Part shown: piece after piece, positions 1-12,518 of the stretch
Layout of the letters: every line of letters begins with the position of its first letter
Numbering within the stretch: position 1 is the stretch's first letter
Source: Eledone cirrhosa
Taxonomy: Eukaryota
Length of the DNA: 64,000 bases
Reading direction: 5' to 3'
NCBI GenBank assembly: GCA_964016885.1
Contig: OZ024742.1
Coordinates: 175,770,001 to 175,834,000 of the forward strand
Notes under the pieces: model-generated
Database searches by the model: none
Told to the model about the DNA's origin: nothing
What the model saw: only the letters and a program-made list of their open reading frames with translations
Translations under genes and position numbers: made by a program

Positions 1-401
1 CGCTAAACTCTTCACTATATTCGTTGTTAATTCTAACCTTGCTGACTGTTTCTTTATACATGGCTTGTATAGCCCTCACAAGCCATTCGTCAACGCCTAG
101 TTTTCTAAGAGCCCACCAGATAATGGAGCGGGGGACTCTGTCGAAGGCTTTCTCCAGGTCGACAAAAGCTAAGTAGAGGGGTTTACCTTTAGCTAGGTAC
201 TTCTCCTGTAGTTGTCGTACTATGAAAAGAGCGTCTGTGGTGCTTTTGCCTGACACAAACCCGAACTGCATTTCATCTAGATCAATTCTCTCTCTGATTA
301 GTTGCGCTATTACTTTTTCCGTGACCTTCATGACCTGGTCGATTAATTTAATGCCTCTATAGTTACTCCTATCTAGGGCGTCTCCTTTACCCTTATAACA
401 G

Positions 402-404
<3 letters not shown>
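1..404 (-). mobile_element. RTE-clade LINE, reverse transcriptase fragment, 5'-truncated at the (TA)n tract and running off the window edge
   Basis: Reverse strand translates openly as [59 protein letters not shown], closely matching the 54172-56244 ORF. Confidence 0.93.
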
Positions 405-471
<67 letters not shown>

Positions 472-652
472 GTATATATATATATGTATATATATATTTA
501 TATATATATATATGTATATGTATGTATGTATATATGTATGTATGTATATATGTATGTATATATGTATGTATATATGTATATATATATGTATATATATATG
601 TATATATATATGTATGTATATATATATGTATATATATATGTATATATATATG

Positions 653-719
<67 letters not shown>

Positions 720-726
720 GTATATA

Positions 727-805
<79 letters not shown>

Positions 806-926
806 GTGTATGTGTGTGTATTTGTATGTATATATGTATATGCGTGTATGTGTGTGTGTGTATATGTATGTATATGAATGTGAGTATATATATATATATA
901 TATATGTGTATATGTGTATATGTATG

Positions 927-975
<49 letters not shown>

Positions 976-1038
976 ATGTATATATGTGTATGTATATGTA
1001 TATATATATATATATATGTATATGTGTGTATATATATG

Positions 1039-1071
<33 letters not shown>

Positions 1072-1202
1072 GTATATGTATGTGTATGTGTATGTGTGTG
1101 TATATGTGTGTGTGTATATGTATATGTATATGTATGTGTATATATATATATATATATATGTGTATATGTATATATATATGTATGTGTGTATGTATGTGTA
1201 TA

Positions 1203-1258
<56 letters not shown>

Positions 1259-1448
1259 CGTATGTGTATATATGTGTGTGTGTGTATATATATATGTGTA
1301 TATGTATGTGTTTGTGTGTATGTATATGTATATATGTGTGTATGTGTGTGTATTTGCGAGTGTATATGTACATATATGTGTGTATGTGTATGTATGTAAC
1401 AATATTTGTATATGTATATGTATGTGCATATGTGTATATATATGTGTA

Positions 1449-1526
<78 letters not shown>

Positions 1527-1667
1527 CATGAGATAGAGAGTGTGTGTGTATACATATTTTGTGTGTCGGTGTGTGTATGTGTGTATGCGCGCGTGTGTGT
1601 GTATATGTGTATATATATGTATGTATATGTGTATATATGTGTATGTGTATGTATATATATGTGTATA

Positions 1668-1722
<55 letters not shown>

Positions 1723-1743
1723 ATATGCATATATATATGTATG

Positions 1744-1777
<34 letters not shown>

Positions 1778-1877
1778 TATGTATATGTGTGTGTATATGT
1801 GCGTTATATGTCTGTATATATATGTGTATATTTATGTATAGGTCTTTGTATGTATGTGTATGTTTGTGTATGTATGG

Positions 1878-1919
<42 letters not shown>

Positions 1920-2008
1920 GTATTTGTATGTGTGTGTATAGAGATATATATATATATGTATATATGTATGTATATGTGTGTATATGTATGTATATATATG
2001 TGTATATA

Positions 2009-2107
<99 letters not shown>

Positions 2108-2580
2108 ATGTGTGTGTGTGTACAGATACTTATACATATGCATACTCGTGTTTGTCTGTATGCGTGTGAGTGTATTTATTTGTGTATATATATGTGTGTG
2201 TGTGTGTATGTGTGTATATGTATATTTGTATATATATATATGTATATATGTTTGTATATGTATATATATATATATATATGTATATTTGTGTATATATATG
2301 TATATATATATGTGTGTGCGTATGTATATGTGTATATGTATTATATATGTATGTATGTATGTATGTGTGTATGTATGTGTGTGTACATGAATATATATTT
2401 ATATACTTTTTATATATGTGTGTGTGTTTTTATGTGTGTATATGTGTTTGTGTGTGTGTTTATGGTTGCGCGTAAGTGTGTGAGTGAGTATGTGTGTTTT
2501 TTTGTTTTTTATTTGTGTTTTTTTTTGTTTTTCTGTTTTTTTGTTTTTTTGTTCTTTTGTTTTTTTTGTTTTTTTGTGAA
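403..2580. repeat. Compound (TA)n/(TG)n/(TATG)n microsatellite ending in a T-rich tract
   Basis: Direct reading; produces spurious Y/I/C/V/M ORFs in several frames. Confidence 0.97.
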
Positions 2581-3041
2581 TGTGTCTGTTGATTTTGGCA
2601 TATTGTTGATTAGTTTAAGAGAAGTTCGAAGATAATAGTAAGATATGCACTCAGTATTTTGAATCTGTCTGCAGAATTCTCTAGACCTTTGTCCCTTAGT
2701 AGAACCTTAATGACTTTAGCTTTTAAAGAATCTCCCTTTTCTTTAATTCTATCGAGCATGACTGACTCCCCACTGATTTTATAGACATCTGTTAGATTAA
2801 GAGAAACTTATTGACAAGGAATGGTATGCCATCCGGAACCTGTTTATAGAATTCTGTCTGCCTTTGTTACTCTAAAAACATAAATAAATATAAATAAAAA
2901 TAAAAATTGACTATAGCTTTGTAGAATTAGCTTTTAATGAATTCCCTTTTCTATCAACCAATGACCTGCACCCATCCCACTCCCCACCCTCTCCTACCAC
3001 TTGTAGAGACCTATAAATACCATATTTATTTTTTGATACCC

Positions 3042-3092
3042 AGATTCCTGATGATTTCTAATGAATGAAACAGTTCTAGTCCTGTAGAATCT
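3042..3092 (+). ncRNA. Type I hammerhead ribozyme motif in a probable PLE pseudo-LTR relic
   Basis: AGATTC-CTGATGA-t TTC taat GAA t-GAAA-CAG ttctagtc CTG-TA-GAATCT: 6-bp stem I, intact core, stems II and III. Confidence 0.78.
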
Positions 3093-3139
3093 CATCTATA
3101 TATATGTATATATATATATGTCGTTATTATTATTATTGC

Positions 3140-3179
<40 letters not shown>

Positions 3180-3255
3180 GTTATTAATGTATGTGTGTAT
3201 ATATGTGTGAGTGTATGTGTATGTATGTGTGTATGTATATATGTATGTATGTGTA

Positions 3256-3286
<31 letters not shown>

Positions 3287-3431
3287 CTTTTTTTTTTTAT
3301 TTATTTATTATTATTATTAATATATTTTTTTTTTTTATATATATTTTTTTTTTTCTTTTATTTTCTTTTTTTTCTTTTGCAATGGCCATACTCGATAACG
3401 AGGGGGCAGCCATCATATATAAATGTATATA

Positions 3432-3815
3432 GTTATACTTGGGGAGGGTCATATTTGTGTAATATTGCCAGAATTAATAACAGAACACACTCACTGTTTG
3501 GTTTGTTTTCGCTTCAGTTTCTCTTATATCGGTAATCTAATTTATTCAGTCCTCAATGTTGCCATTGACTGACCAACAGTCAAAAATAATACAGATACAA
3601 TATAGACACAAACACATATATATAGTTTATAAAAGTTCTTTCGTTGCACATCTACAACACCGTCAATGGTGCTATTGTTTCCTCCCGTTGCATTGTATTT
3701 TCTGCGCCATCTTTATTTAGTCTGTTTATATATTTATTTATTTGTTTATTTTATTTCGTCTTCTTTGCGCATGCGTTTGCATGTGTGTATAGCGTTTAGT
3801 TTGATGAGTATTCGT
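3432..3815 (-). mobile_element. PLE pseudo-LTR fragment, same family as 62337-62860
   Basis: GTTATACTTGGGGAGGGTCATATTTGTGTAATATTGCCAG.. nearly identical to 62397-62670; terminus also resembles 11050. Confidence 0.7.
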
Positions 3816-3869
3816 GATGTATGTATATATATATATATACATATATATATACATACATATATATATATA

Positions 3870-4305
3870 TGGTGGCTGCCAACTCGTTTTCGAGTACGGC
3901 CACTACTTTATATCCATGTAGGAGAACCCCTACCGATGCGTTGAACGAGTGTGACATTTTAGTCCAGCCAGCGACTTGAAAACTCTGGTACAAACACTAC
4001 ACTTGTGACAATTATTGACACATAGTGCTGGGCCCATGGTATCATGTGACGAGAAGTGCAGAGAGATCACCAGATATTAAGCAATGCCTGTGCCGTGAAC
4101 CTTTTATAGTGAGAAAAGGCACTGCACAAAGCAAGTCCCACTCTCTTAACCAAGATGATATTTACCAAAAAGAAGAACAAGTGAACATCATTGAATACCA
4201 TCACGGTTGCATGTGTTATATCAGAGTTTTCCTTCTCCTAGAATTCGGCCTTGACAAAGGCTAAGGGGTATCTCTCCGGTGGTTTTGGATGACCATTGAC
4301 TCTTA
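3870..4305 (-). mobile_element. Non-autonomous retroelement related to an RTE 5'UTR, 5'-truncated copy
   Basis: Diverged reverse complement of about 5255-5692; left end abuts (TA)n. Confidence 0.65.
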
Positions 4306-4469
4306 AAAGCTTCTTATATATATGTTAATCAATTTCTAGTTATTATAAAATGCTCGGACCTACTCGTTAGAATATTAGAGCTTAATTTCCGGGTGATATG
4401 GCGCATGTCTTTCTGGCATGACACCCATAATTTTGATTTAGAATAAATTTATTTAATTTATCTTAATTT

Positions 4470-4471
<2 letters not shown>

Positions 4472-4535
<64 letters not shown>

Positions 4536-4650
4536 TATACATATATATATATATATACGTATATACATATATATATGTATATATATTTACATATACATAT
4601 ATATATATATACATACATATATATATATATATACATATATCTATACATAC

Positions 4651-4683
<33 letters not shown>

Positions 4684-4804
4684 CATATATATACATACAT
4701 ATATATATATATACATATATATACATACATATATATATACATACATATATATATATATACATATATATATATGTATGTATATATATATATATGTATATAT
4801 ATAT

Positions 4805-4890
<86 letters not shown>

Positions 4891-4981
4891 GTATGTATAT
4901 CTATATATGTATATATATTTATATATATGTATGTATATATATGTATATATATATATTTATTTATATATATATATATGTATG

Positions 4982-5012
<31 letters not shown>

Positions 5013-5084
5013 GTGTATGTATATATATATATATGTATATCTAAATATATATACATATATACATATATATACATATATACATAT
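4472..5084. repeat. (TA)n/(TACA)n microsatellite
   Basis: Direct reading. Confidence 0.95.
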
Positions 5085-5692
5085 GTCAGGTCACCAGTTG
5101 GTGCTACTGGTAACATGTATCCCAGTACAGCATGTCTCATGGTTGGGTCGTTAGCGACTAAACTGGCAACCCCACCAAGGTTTCTTGGTGAAGAGGGTGA
5201 CTTTGGACATCCTGCAGGACTAAAAACAAAACCTGTCAAAGGGCAAAGGAGCTCGTAAGTGTCAATGGCCATCCAAAATCGCCGGGAGAGAAGACCCCTT
5301 AGCCTTTGTCAAGGCAGAATTCTAGGAGAAGGAAAACTCTGATATAACACCTGCAACTCTGATGGTATCCAATGATGTTGACTTCTTCTTCTTTTTGGTA
5401 AATATCATCTTGGTTAAGAGAGTGGGACTGGCTTTGTGCAGTGCCTTTGCTCACTATAAAAGCTTCACGGCACAGGCATTGCTTTATATCTGGAGATCTC
5501 TCTGCACTTGTCGTCACATGGCACAATGGGCCCAGCACTATGTGTCAATAATTGTCACAGGTGTAGTGTTTGTACTAGAGTTTTCAAGTCGCTGGCTCGA
5601 CTGAAGAGTCACACTCGCTCAGCGCATCGGTACAAGTTCTCCTACATGGATATAAAGTAGGGGCCGTACTCGAAAACGAGTTGGCAGCCACC
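5085..5692 (+). mobile_element. Non-autonomous retroelement related to an RTE 5'UTR, longer copy
   Basis: Contains CTAGGAGAAGGAAAACTCTGA, a motif I recall from RTE 5'UTRs; bounded by (TA)n on both sides; second copy at 3870-4305. Confidence 0.6.
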
Positions 5693-5724
<32 letters not shown>

Positions 5725-5751
5725 GTATGTATATATATGTATATATATATT

Positions 5752-5782
<31 letters not shown>

Positions 5783-5799
5783 GTATGTATATATATATG

Positions 5800-5836
<37 letters not shown>

Positions 5837-6160
5837 GTATATCTCTCTCTATATATATATATATACATATATATAAGTATATATGTATATATATATATAT
5901 GTATATCTATATATATATACATATATATATGTATATGCGTATATATATATATGTATATGCATATATATTTTAAAGAGTTAAACAAGATTCAATGAGTACA
6001 TCAAAGAATGAGTTTTACAGTAGATTGAAAGCACTCTACAATAAGATATTTTCCTGAGTTATTAATATTAATATGTATAATAAAATTTAATTGATCACAA
6101 GAATATCTATTTTGTTAATATTCGAATTTAATATCATATACATATATATATATATAACAA

Positions 6161-7184
6161 AGTTTACATATATATATATATACATACACATACGTGTTTT
6201 GTAACCGGTCACTTTGTGGCTCAATGAAAAATTAATAAATTAAACAATCAGAGCTATATATCATAAAACATGTCTATAGAATCACAAGATAAAATATATA
6301 CTATTTCCTCTCCCAATTAGCATAATTAACTATATAAAAATCGAATAGACCAGGCTATACGAATGAGGCTTCTATGAAGGAATCTCCGACAAATAACCAA
6401 AACTAGCGCTTCGCGTCGGCCGTAGTGGAATATTTATCGAATATTTCGACAGCGTAATCGCCTAGATACAGTCAACTAAGCAGAATTAGGTTTAAAATAA
6501 ATTAGGAGAAAATAGAATACATTTAAATACCTTTACCATGGTTTCTTCCGTGTTTTGAGTTTTCCAATAATTATGTAATAATTATATAAACTCGAGCGCC
6601 GGATTCTTCAGGAAGCTCGCTCATATCTAGACATTAAATTTTCCAAAACGATCGCGCCAAGAATTCATTTCAAAATGGCTAAAAATCGTGACGTTGTCGC
6701 GGTCAAGTTGGAAGGGGTGTGGTAGTTGCTTACGACTGGTGGCATTTTTGCTAGAAAGTACAGCACAATACAGCCAAATTTTTATCTCAACTTTAGTGGG
6801 AGATTATTACATATAAGAGTTTACATATATATATATATATACATACAATACATATACGTGTTTTGCAACCGGTCACTTTGTGGCTCAATGAAAAATTAAT
6901 AAATTAAACAATCAGAGCTATATATCATGAAACATGTCTATAGAATCACAAGATAAAATATATACTATTTCCTCTCCCAATTAGCATAATTAACTATATA
7001 AAAATCGAATAGACCAGGCTATAAGAATGAGGCTTCTATGAAGGAATCTCCGACAAATAACCAAAACTAGCGCTTCGCGTCGGCCGTAGTGGAATATTTA
7101 TCGAATATTTCGACAGCGTAATCGCCTAGATACGGTCAACTAAGCAGAATTAGGTTTAAATTGTGATTATATGGACATGTTTTA

Positions 7185-7190
<6 letters not shown>
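6161..7190 (-). mobile_element. Partial tandem PLE pseudo-LTR or retrozyme-like repeat (unit about 660 bp, 1.5 copies) with short terminal inversion
   Basis: 6161-6497 is repeated almost exactly at 6818-7160; 7161-7190 is an inverted copy of ATATCATAAAACATGTCTATAGAATCACAA; hammerhead motif in the spacer. Confidence 0.7.
6529..6616 (-). ncRNA. Hammerhead-like motif with long stem II and palindromic stem III CCATGG
   Basis: Reverse strand: gcttc-CTGAAGA-[TCCG/CGGA, GAGTTT/AAACTC, TAATTAT/ATAATTA]-GAAA-CCATGG-TA-aaggt; stem I is weak. Confidence 0.6.
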
Positions 7191-7232
<42 letters not shown>

Positions 7233-7280
7233 GACGTAAAATAAGAAAATTATAAAAATTAACTTACTTACTAAAATTTC

Positions 7281-7364
7281 ACTCCAACTAATTAGTTTCT
7301 GAAAGGGAATAAACATGGTTTCCGAATGGAGCAACATGGAGAATACCTTTCGTCATCAGGAAGT
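7281..7364 (-). ncRNA. Type I hammerhead motif, inverted copy
   Basis: Reverse complement of 7548-7631. Confidence 0.7.
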
Positions 7365-7547
7365 CAATTCTCAGTTAAGTTCCCAGGCGATGCGTGGACA
7401 CAGGGAACTTATACAAAAATAATTCAGTGGATGTAAAAAGCAAGCGAGGACTAAATTCCAAGACATTGAAAAAATCACTGCCTACTTGGTCGGTGGCAAA
7501 TTCAAAAGAATCAATCACGTGACATCGAGGTTAATCAGTGAGGAGTG

Positions 7548-7631
7548 ACTTCCTGATGACGAAAGGTATTCTCCATGTTGCTCCATTCGGAAACCATGTT
7601 TATTCCCTTTCAGAAACTAATTAGTTGGAGT
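7548..7631 (+). ncRNA. Type I hammerhead motif with palindromic stem III CTAATTAG
   Basis: ACTTC-CTGATGA-c GAAAGG..CCTTTC a-GAAA-CTAATTAG-TT-GGAGT. Confidence 0.72.
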
Positions 7632-7796
7632 GAAATTTTAGTAAGTAAGTTAATTTTTATAATTTTCTTATTTTACGTCTTTCATATAATTGTTCTGCAT
7701 CCCCTTGCATTGAACCACAAAGTTACTAAGACAAAACCTATATATTTGCTAGCATAGGTATGCATCTGTATATATATGTTGGTAGATATACAAATT

Positions 7797-7835
<39 letters not shown>

Positions 7836-7958
7836 GGAGGTGAGTTTTATTGTAGTACAATAAAGCAATGCAGATATCGGATAAGAAGCACTCTACAGTT
7901 TGTAGGACTGGAGTATACATAATATATAAGATCAAAAGATGGTTAAATGAGTTCCATG

Positions 7959-8029
7959 TATTTTATTATCCGCATTTCAAAAACAAATATCATCCGGCAA
8001 TAACATTTGTGTTTTCATCAGATAAAATA
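7959..8029 (-). ncRNA. Minimal hammerhead, inverted copy with stem III TGCGGA (palindrome broken)
   Basis: Reverse complement of 10855-10925 with a few substitutions. Confidence 0.72.
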
Positions 8030-8387
8030 GGACATATGAAGGTTAAAAAACACTTGTGGATATGGCGGTTTTAAATCAACATATGAAAATTTGTTTTAGA
8101 TTGATGTATGATATTGGGAAAACAATTTTTTGAGGGGGGGGGGGGGTGAAAGGATGAAAAAGAGGAGGAGATGAGAGTAAAAAGTCAAGGGGGAGGAGTA
8201 TAGTGAGGAAGGTTGAGATAGGAGGAAAGATGGGTGATAGAGAGAGAGAGATAGCTTTTATAACTGAGAAAAAATATATTGTTTTACATAGAGATGTTGA
8301 AAAAACCGTTGGAAGATAATGTATACATTAAAAGAATTTGAAAATTAACGAAGAGAAAAATAATGTAAAGTTAAGGTTTGTATATTG

Positions 8388-8556
8388 AAAGGTTTAATAA
8401 TATGTGCGATGAAAAGAAATTGTTAATATGTATTAAGAATAATATTTAAGGGTTTAATAATATGTGCGATGGAAAGAAAATGTTAATATGTATTAAGGAT
8501 AATATTTAAGGGTTTAATAATATGTGCGATGGAAAGAAAATGTTGATATGTATTAT
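8388..8556. repeat. About 3 x 60-bp tandem repeat in the PLE 3'UTR, mirrored at about 10345-10515
   Basis: GGTTTAATAATATGTGCGATG recurs with 60-nt period. Confidence 0.9.
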
Positions 8557-9199
8557 TAAAAAACAGCAGTGATGTAAGTAAGGATATATTGTGAGATGGG
8601 CATGAATAAGTTAGATGAAAAAAATAATGAATAGAGGATGAATAATCTAACGTCAAAAAATGTTTATGTTTACGAAGGATTTTTTCAAGGTGATATGAAG
8701 TAAGAATATAGTGTATGTGTAATAATTGTTTCTATGTTAGGCACAGTGAGAAAAGGTACAGATTAGGGGTTAGAAATTAGGAGTGATGTATAATATAATA
8801 AATATAATAAATAACTTTGAAATAAGGTAGAAAGATGGGTATATTTTTAAAGAAGTATATATATATATATATATGTGCCTTTGAGAAAAGGATTCTGAAT
8901 TGATAAAGTTTATCATATTAAATGTATACTTTATGGAAAGTTCTGTGGAATTTATGCAAGCAGATAGAAAACAAGTCAGTGCGTCTATTTATTATAGAAT
9001 CTAAATTAGAAATAATGTTAAATTTTTCATTTAGACAGAGATTGCAAGTCTTAGATAGAGAACTGTTCAAGTATGAAGAAGCAGAGGAAACCTTTTTCCA
9101 AGAGATGTTATATTTAATATTTTTGTCTTTCAAGGACCATATGAGTTCTGAGAGAGCCGTGTTGGTTCTTTTAAGTTTATATTTAAAAGACGAATGATG

Positions 9200-9625
9200 A
9201 TGTTTTTATTAGAAGATAGGTTAGATATTCTTTTTCCAATATTACTAACTATGGCATTCTTAATATTGGTAGGGTGGTTAGATTTAAAATTAACATAATT
9301 TAGGTTCTCATTGTTTTTATGGTAAGGGTAATATAGGCCAGTGTCAAGATTAAGAGATACATCCAAGAAATTAGCTAGTTTGATGCTGTTATCAAATTCA
9401 ATTTTTAGGTTATGTTGGTTAAAGAGAGTACGTATATTGTTCTTAATAATATTAAGGTTAACTGTGTTGCAATTTAAGATAGTAAAGAGTCCATCGTCAC
9501 GATAAATTCCACCGCGAAGTTGAGGAATTTTCCGACTCAAAGAGTTCAAAATAAAGATACCAATTAAATCTGTCAATTGGGATGAATCGGATGCTCCCAT
9601 TGTGATGTCGAAGTTGTTAGAGGTA
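9200..9625 (-). pseudogene. PLE reverse transcriptase fragment
   Basis: FDITMGASDSSQLTDLIG, GGIYRDDGL, NFLDVSLNL, YVNFKSNHP motifs. Confidence 0.9.
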
Positions 9626-9978
9626 TCAGCTCTGACACCAATTCCTTCACCTATTTTGGCTCCACTTCCACCTCCTTTAGAGCTCGTCTTTATAATCATC
9701 ATTCGTCTTTTAAATATAAACGTAAAAGAACCAACACGGCTCTCTCAGAACTCATATGGTCCTTGAAAGACAAAAATATTAAATATAACATATCTTGGAA
9801 AAAGGTTTCCTCTGCTTCTTCATACTTGAACAGTTCTCTATCTAAGACTTGCAATCTCTGTCTAAATGAAAAAGTTACCATTATTTCTAATTTAGATTCT
9901 ATAATAAATAGACGCACTGACTTGTTTTCTATCTGCTTGCATAAATTCCACAGAACTTTCCATAAAGTATACAGCTAA
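9625..9978 (+). pseudogene. PLE GIY-YIG endonuclease, C-terminal part
   Basis: Frame from 9625 reads ISSDTNSFTYFGSTSTSFRARLYNHHSSF..TALSELIWSLKD..CNLCLNEK..INRRTDLFSICLH. Confidence 0.85.
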
Positions 9979-10854
9979 TATGATAAACTTTATCAATCCA
10001 GAATCCTTTTCTCAAAGGCACATATATATATATATATATACTTCTTTAAAAATATACCCATCGTTCTACCTTATTTCAAAGTTATTTATTATATTTATTA
10101 TATTCTACATCACTCCTAATTTCTAACCCCTAATCTGAACCTTTTCTCACTGTGCCTAACATAGAAACAATTATTACACATACACTATATTCTTACTTCA
10201 TATCACCTTGAAAAAATCCTTCGTAAACATAAACATTTTTTGACGTTAGATCATTCCTCTTCTATTCATTATTTTTTCTCCCTTTCATCTAACTTATTTA
10301 TGCCCATCTCATAATATATCCTTACTTACATCACTGCTGTTTTTTTAATAATACATATCAACATTTTCTTTCCATCGCACATATTATTAAACCCTTAAAT
10401 ATTATCCTTAATACATATTAACATTTTCTTTCCATCGCACATATTATTAAACCCTTAAATATTATTCTTAATACATATTAACAATTTCTTTTCATCGCAC
10501 ATATTATTAAACCCTTCAATATACAAACCTTAACTTACCTTATTTTTCTCTTCGTAAATTTTCAAATTCTTTATATACATTATCTTCCAACGGTTTTTTC
10601 AACCCTCTATGTAAATATATTTTCAAGTTAAATGTTTTCTCAGTTATAATAACTATCATCCCTCTCTCCTCCTATCCTCATCCTTCCTCACTATACTCCT
10701 CCCCCTCTCCAACTTTTTACTCTCATCTCCTCCTCTTTTTCATCCTCAAACATTTTTTTTCCAATATCACACGTCAATCTAAAACTACTTTTCATATGTT
10801 GATTTAAAACCGCACTATCCACAAGTGTTTTTTAACCTTCATATCATGTCCTCC

Positions 10855-10925
10855 TATTTTATCTGATGAAAAAACAAATGTTATTGCATGATGATATTTG
10901 TTTTTGAAATGCGCATAATAAAATA
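10855..10925 (+). ncRNA. Minimal type I hammerhead ribozyme with palindromic stem III TGCGCA
   Basis: TATTTTAT-CTGATGA-AAAAACAAATGTTATT gcat GATGATATTTGTTTTT-GAAA-TGCGCA-TA-ATAAAATA: 8-bp stem I, 16-bp stem II with wobbles. Confidence 0.88.
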
Positions 10926-10953
10926 CATGGAACTCATTTGACCATCTTTTGAT

Positions 10954-10996
<43 letters not shown>

Positions 10997-11426
10997 CGTT
11001 TCTGAATTTGTTTAGCAAGATTCTTTATCTGAAATCGTGTGTTGAAACCGATATTGTTATACTTTGGGAGAGTCATGTTGCCAATAAGAAACACACGCAC
11101 CAGTTGCTTTCACTTCAATTTATTATTATAATAAATTTATAATAATTTTATAAATTTATAAATTTCTGGTTGGTTGGTTGGTTGGTTCCACAACCAGATA
11201 GTTGTTTATATATTGTCAAGGTTCTTTTGTCACACACTCTGTGACCGCTTCAGTGACTGGGGATTCGTTTCTTTGTTTCTGTGCCTCTCCTTTGTTCTGT
11301 CCTACGCCATTTTGTTTCTGTGTGTTTGTTGTGTGCTCAGTCTGCGCATGCGCCACATCCGGGTGTCTGTGTGTGTTTATGTTCATTTATTTATTTGTTT
11401 ATTTACATGTTACTGGTTGGTTGTCG

Positions 11427-12275
11427 GACCATACCAAAATCAACATACTGATTGCAGATTTGGTACGGGTGATGAGAAACGTGTCCCGCATGTGCAACCC
11501 CGAAACACTAGAGAGACACATATAACACTTCATCCACCGTATGCAGTTCTCTGGCTACAATCAGAGAGATAAAATCAGAGTGTATAGAGAAGCCAGAACC
11601 AAATGGGAAAAAATGGTAAATAATGACATATGTGGGACCTGCCCCTTGTATAGGAGCAAATTTTGGAATAGAATAGAAAGAACTAGGAACAAGGCTAATA
11701 GTATAAACTCATGGTATGATAGCAATAAATACCAGAGTGTAATGTTCATCGATACAACCGCTAGAGGTGAATTAGCTTACAAATTTAGAAGAGCCCTAAA
11801 TAAACATAAACTCAATATTAAGATAGTAGAAAGACCAGGTACCTCCGTAAAAACAGTTATTAGCAAGACATACCCTTTTCAAAGACCCTCATGTATAGAT
11901 AAGAAATGTATAACCTGTAAAATAAGCCCCCATATTAACTGTAAAACTAGAAATGTAGTGTATAGCATAAGATGTACTGAAGGACAATGTAGAAACAAAA
12001 ATATAGTGTACATAGGTGAGACAGCACGTAGTGTAGGGGAACGGATAAATGAACACTGGCGAGACCTTCAAGATAGTAAAGAATCATCTGTACTCTACCA
12101 ACATGCTAAAATCGAACACAAGGGTAAATTAGAGAACATAGAAATAAAAATAGAATCTACACACAGAAAAGACGCAATGTTTAGACAAATTACAGAGGCA
12201 ATAAACATAAAAGAATTACAACCAAAATTAAATAGAAAATATGAGTGGAACAGCAACATCACAACTTACAATTAA
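11427..12275 (+). pseudogene. PLE RT thumb, Cys linker and GIY-YIG endonuclease; one in-frame TAA at 11523, open from 11541 to 12275
   Basis: MQFSGY..PLYRSK..CIDKKCITC..NVVYSIRC..YIGETARSVGERINEH..QH..EH..EAINI..LNRKYE. Confidence 0.9.
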
Positions 12276-12475
12276 GGGCAAAATGAAAACACACACACAC
12301 ATAGAACAAACAACCAACCAGTAACATGTAAATAAACAAATAAATAAATGAACATAAACACATACAGACACCCGGATGTGACGCATGCGCAGATTGAGCA
12401 CACAACACACACACAGAAACAAAATGGCGTAGGACAGAACAAAGGAGAGGCACAGAAACAAAGAAGGAATCCCCA

Positions 12476-12518
12476 GTCACTGAAGAGGTCACAGAGTGTG
12501 TGACGAAAGAACTATGAC
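12476..12518 (+). ncRNA. Minimal hammerhead motif; the inverted copy at 11215-11257 has core mutations
   Basis: GTCA-CTGAAGA-g GTCACA gagtg TGTGAC-GAAA-GAAC-TA-TGAC. Confidence 0.75.

Larger units (their letters stand above)
7226..7740. mobile_element. Fold-back PLE pseudo-LTR: about 140-bp inverted arms 7226-7366 and 7546-7688, with an unpaired tail on the right
   Basis: Arms are exact reverse complements by inspection; each carries a hammerhead; inserted in (TA)n. Confidence 0.8.
7833..10957. mobile_element. Rearranged Naiad-type Penelope-like element forming a 1.26-kb inverted repeat (arms 7927-9200 and 9696-10957)
   Basis: Both arms carry the GIY-YIG C-terminus (CNLCLNEK..CLH), 3'UTR and hammerhead; RT fragment lies in the spacer; unpaired tail at 7833-7926. 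Confidence 0.88.

Noticed and set aside
458-2635. Long ORFs of up to 459 aa rich in Y/I/C/V/M (also at 4.4-6.0, 15.8-16.5, 34.3 and 52.8-53.4 kb)
   Set aside because: Stop-free translations of dinucleotide microsatellites
9625-9702. Apparent Gly-rich insertion (KTSSKGGGSGAKIGEG) at the start of the RT ORF 9130-9702
   Set aside because: It is the antisense reading of the plus-strand endonuclease beyond the inversion junction
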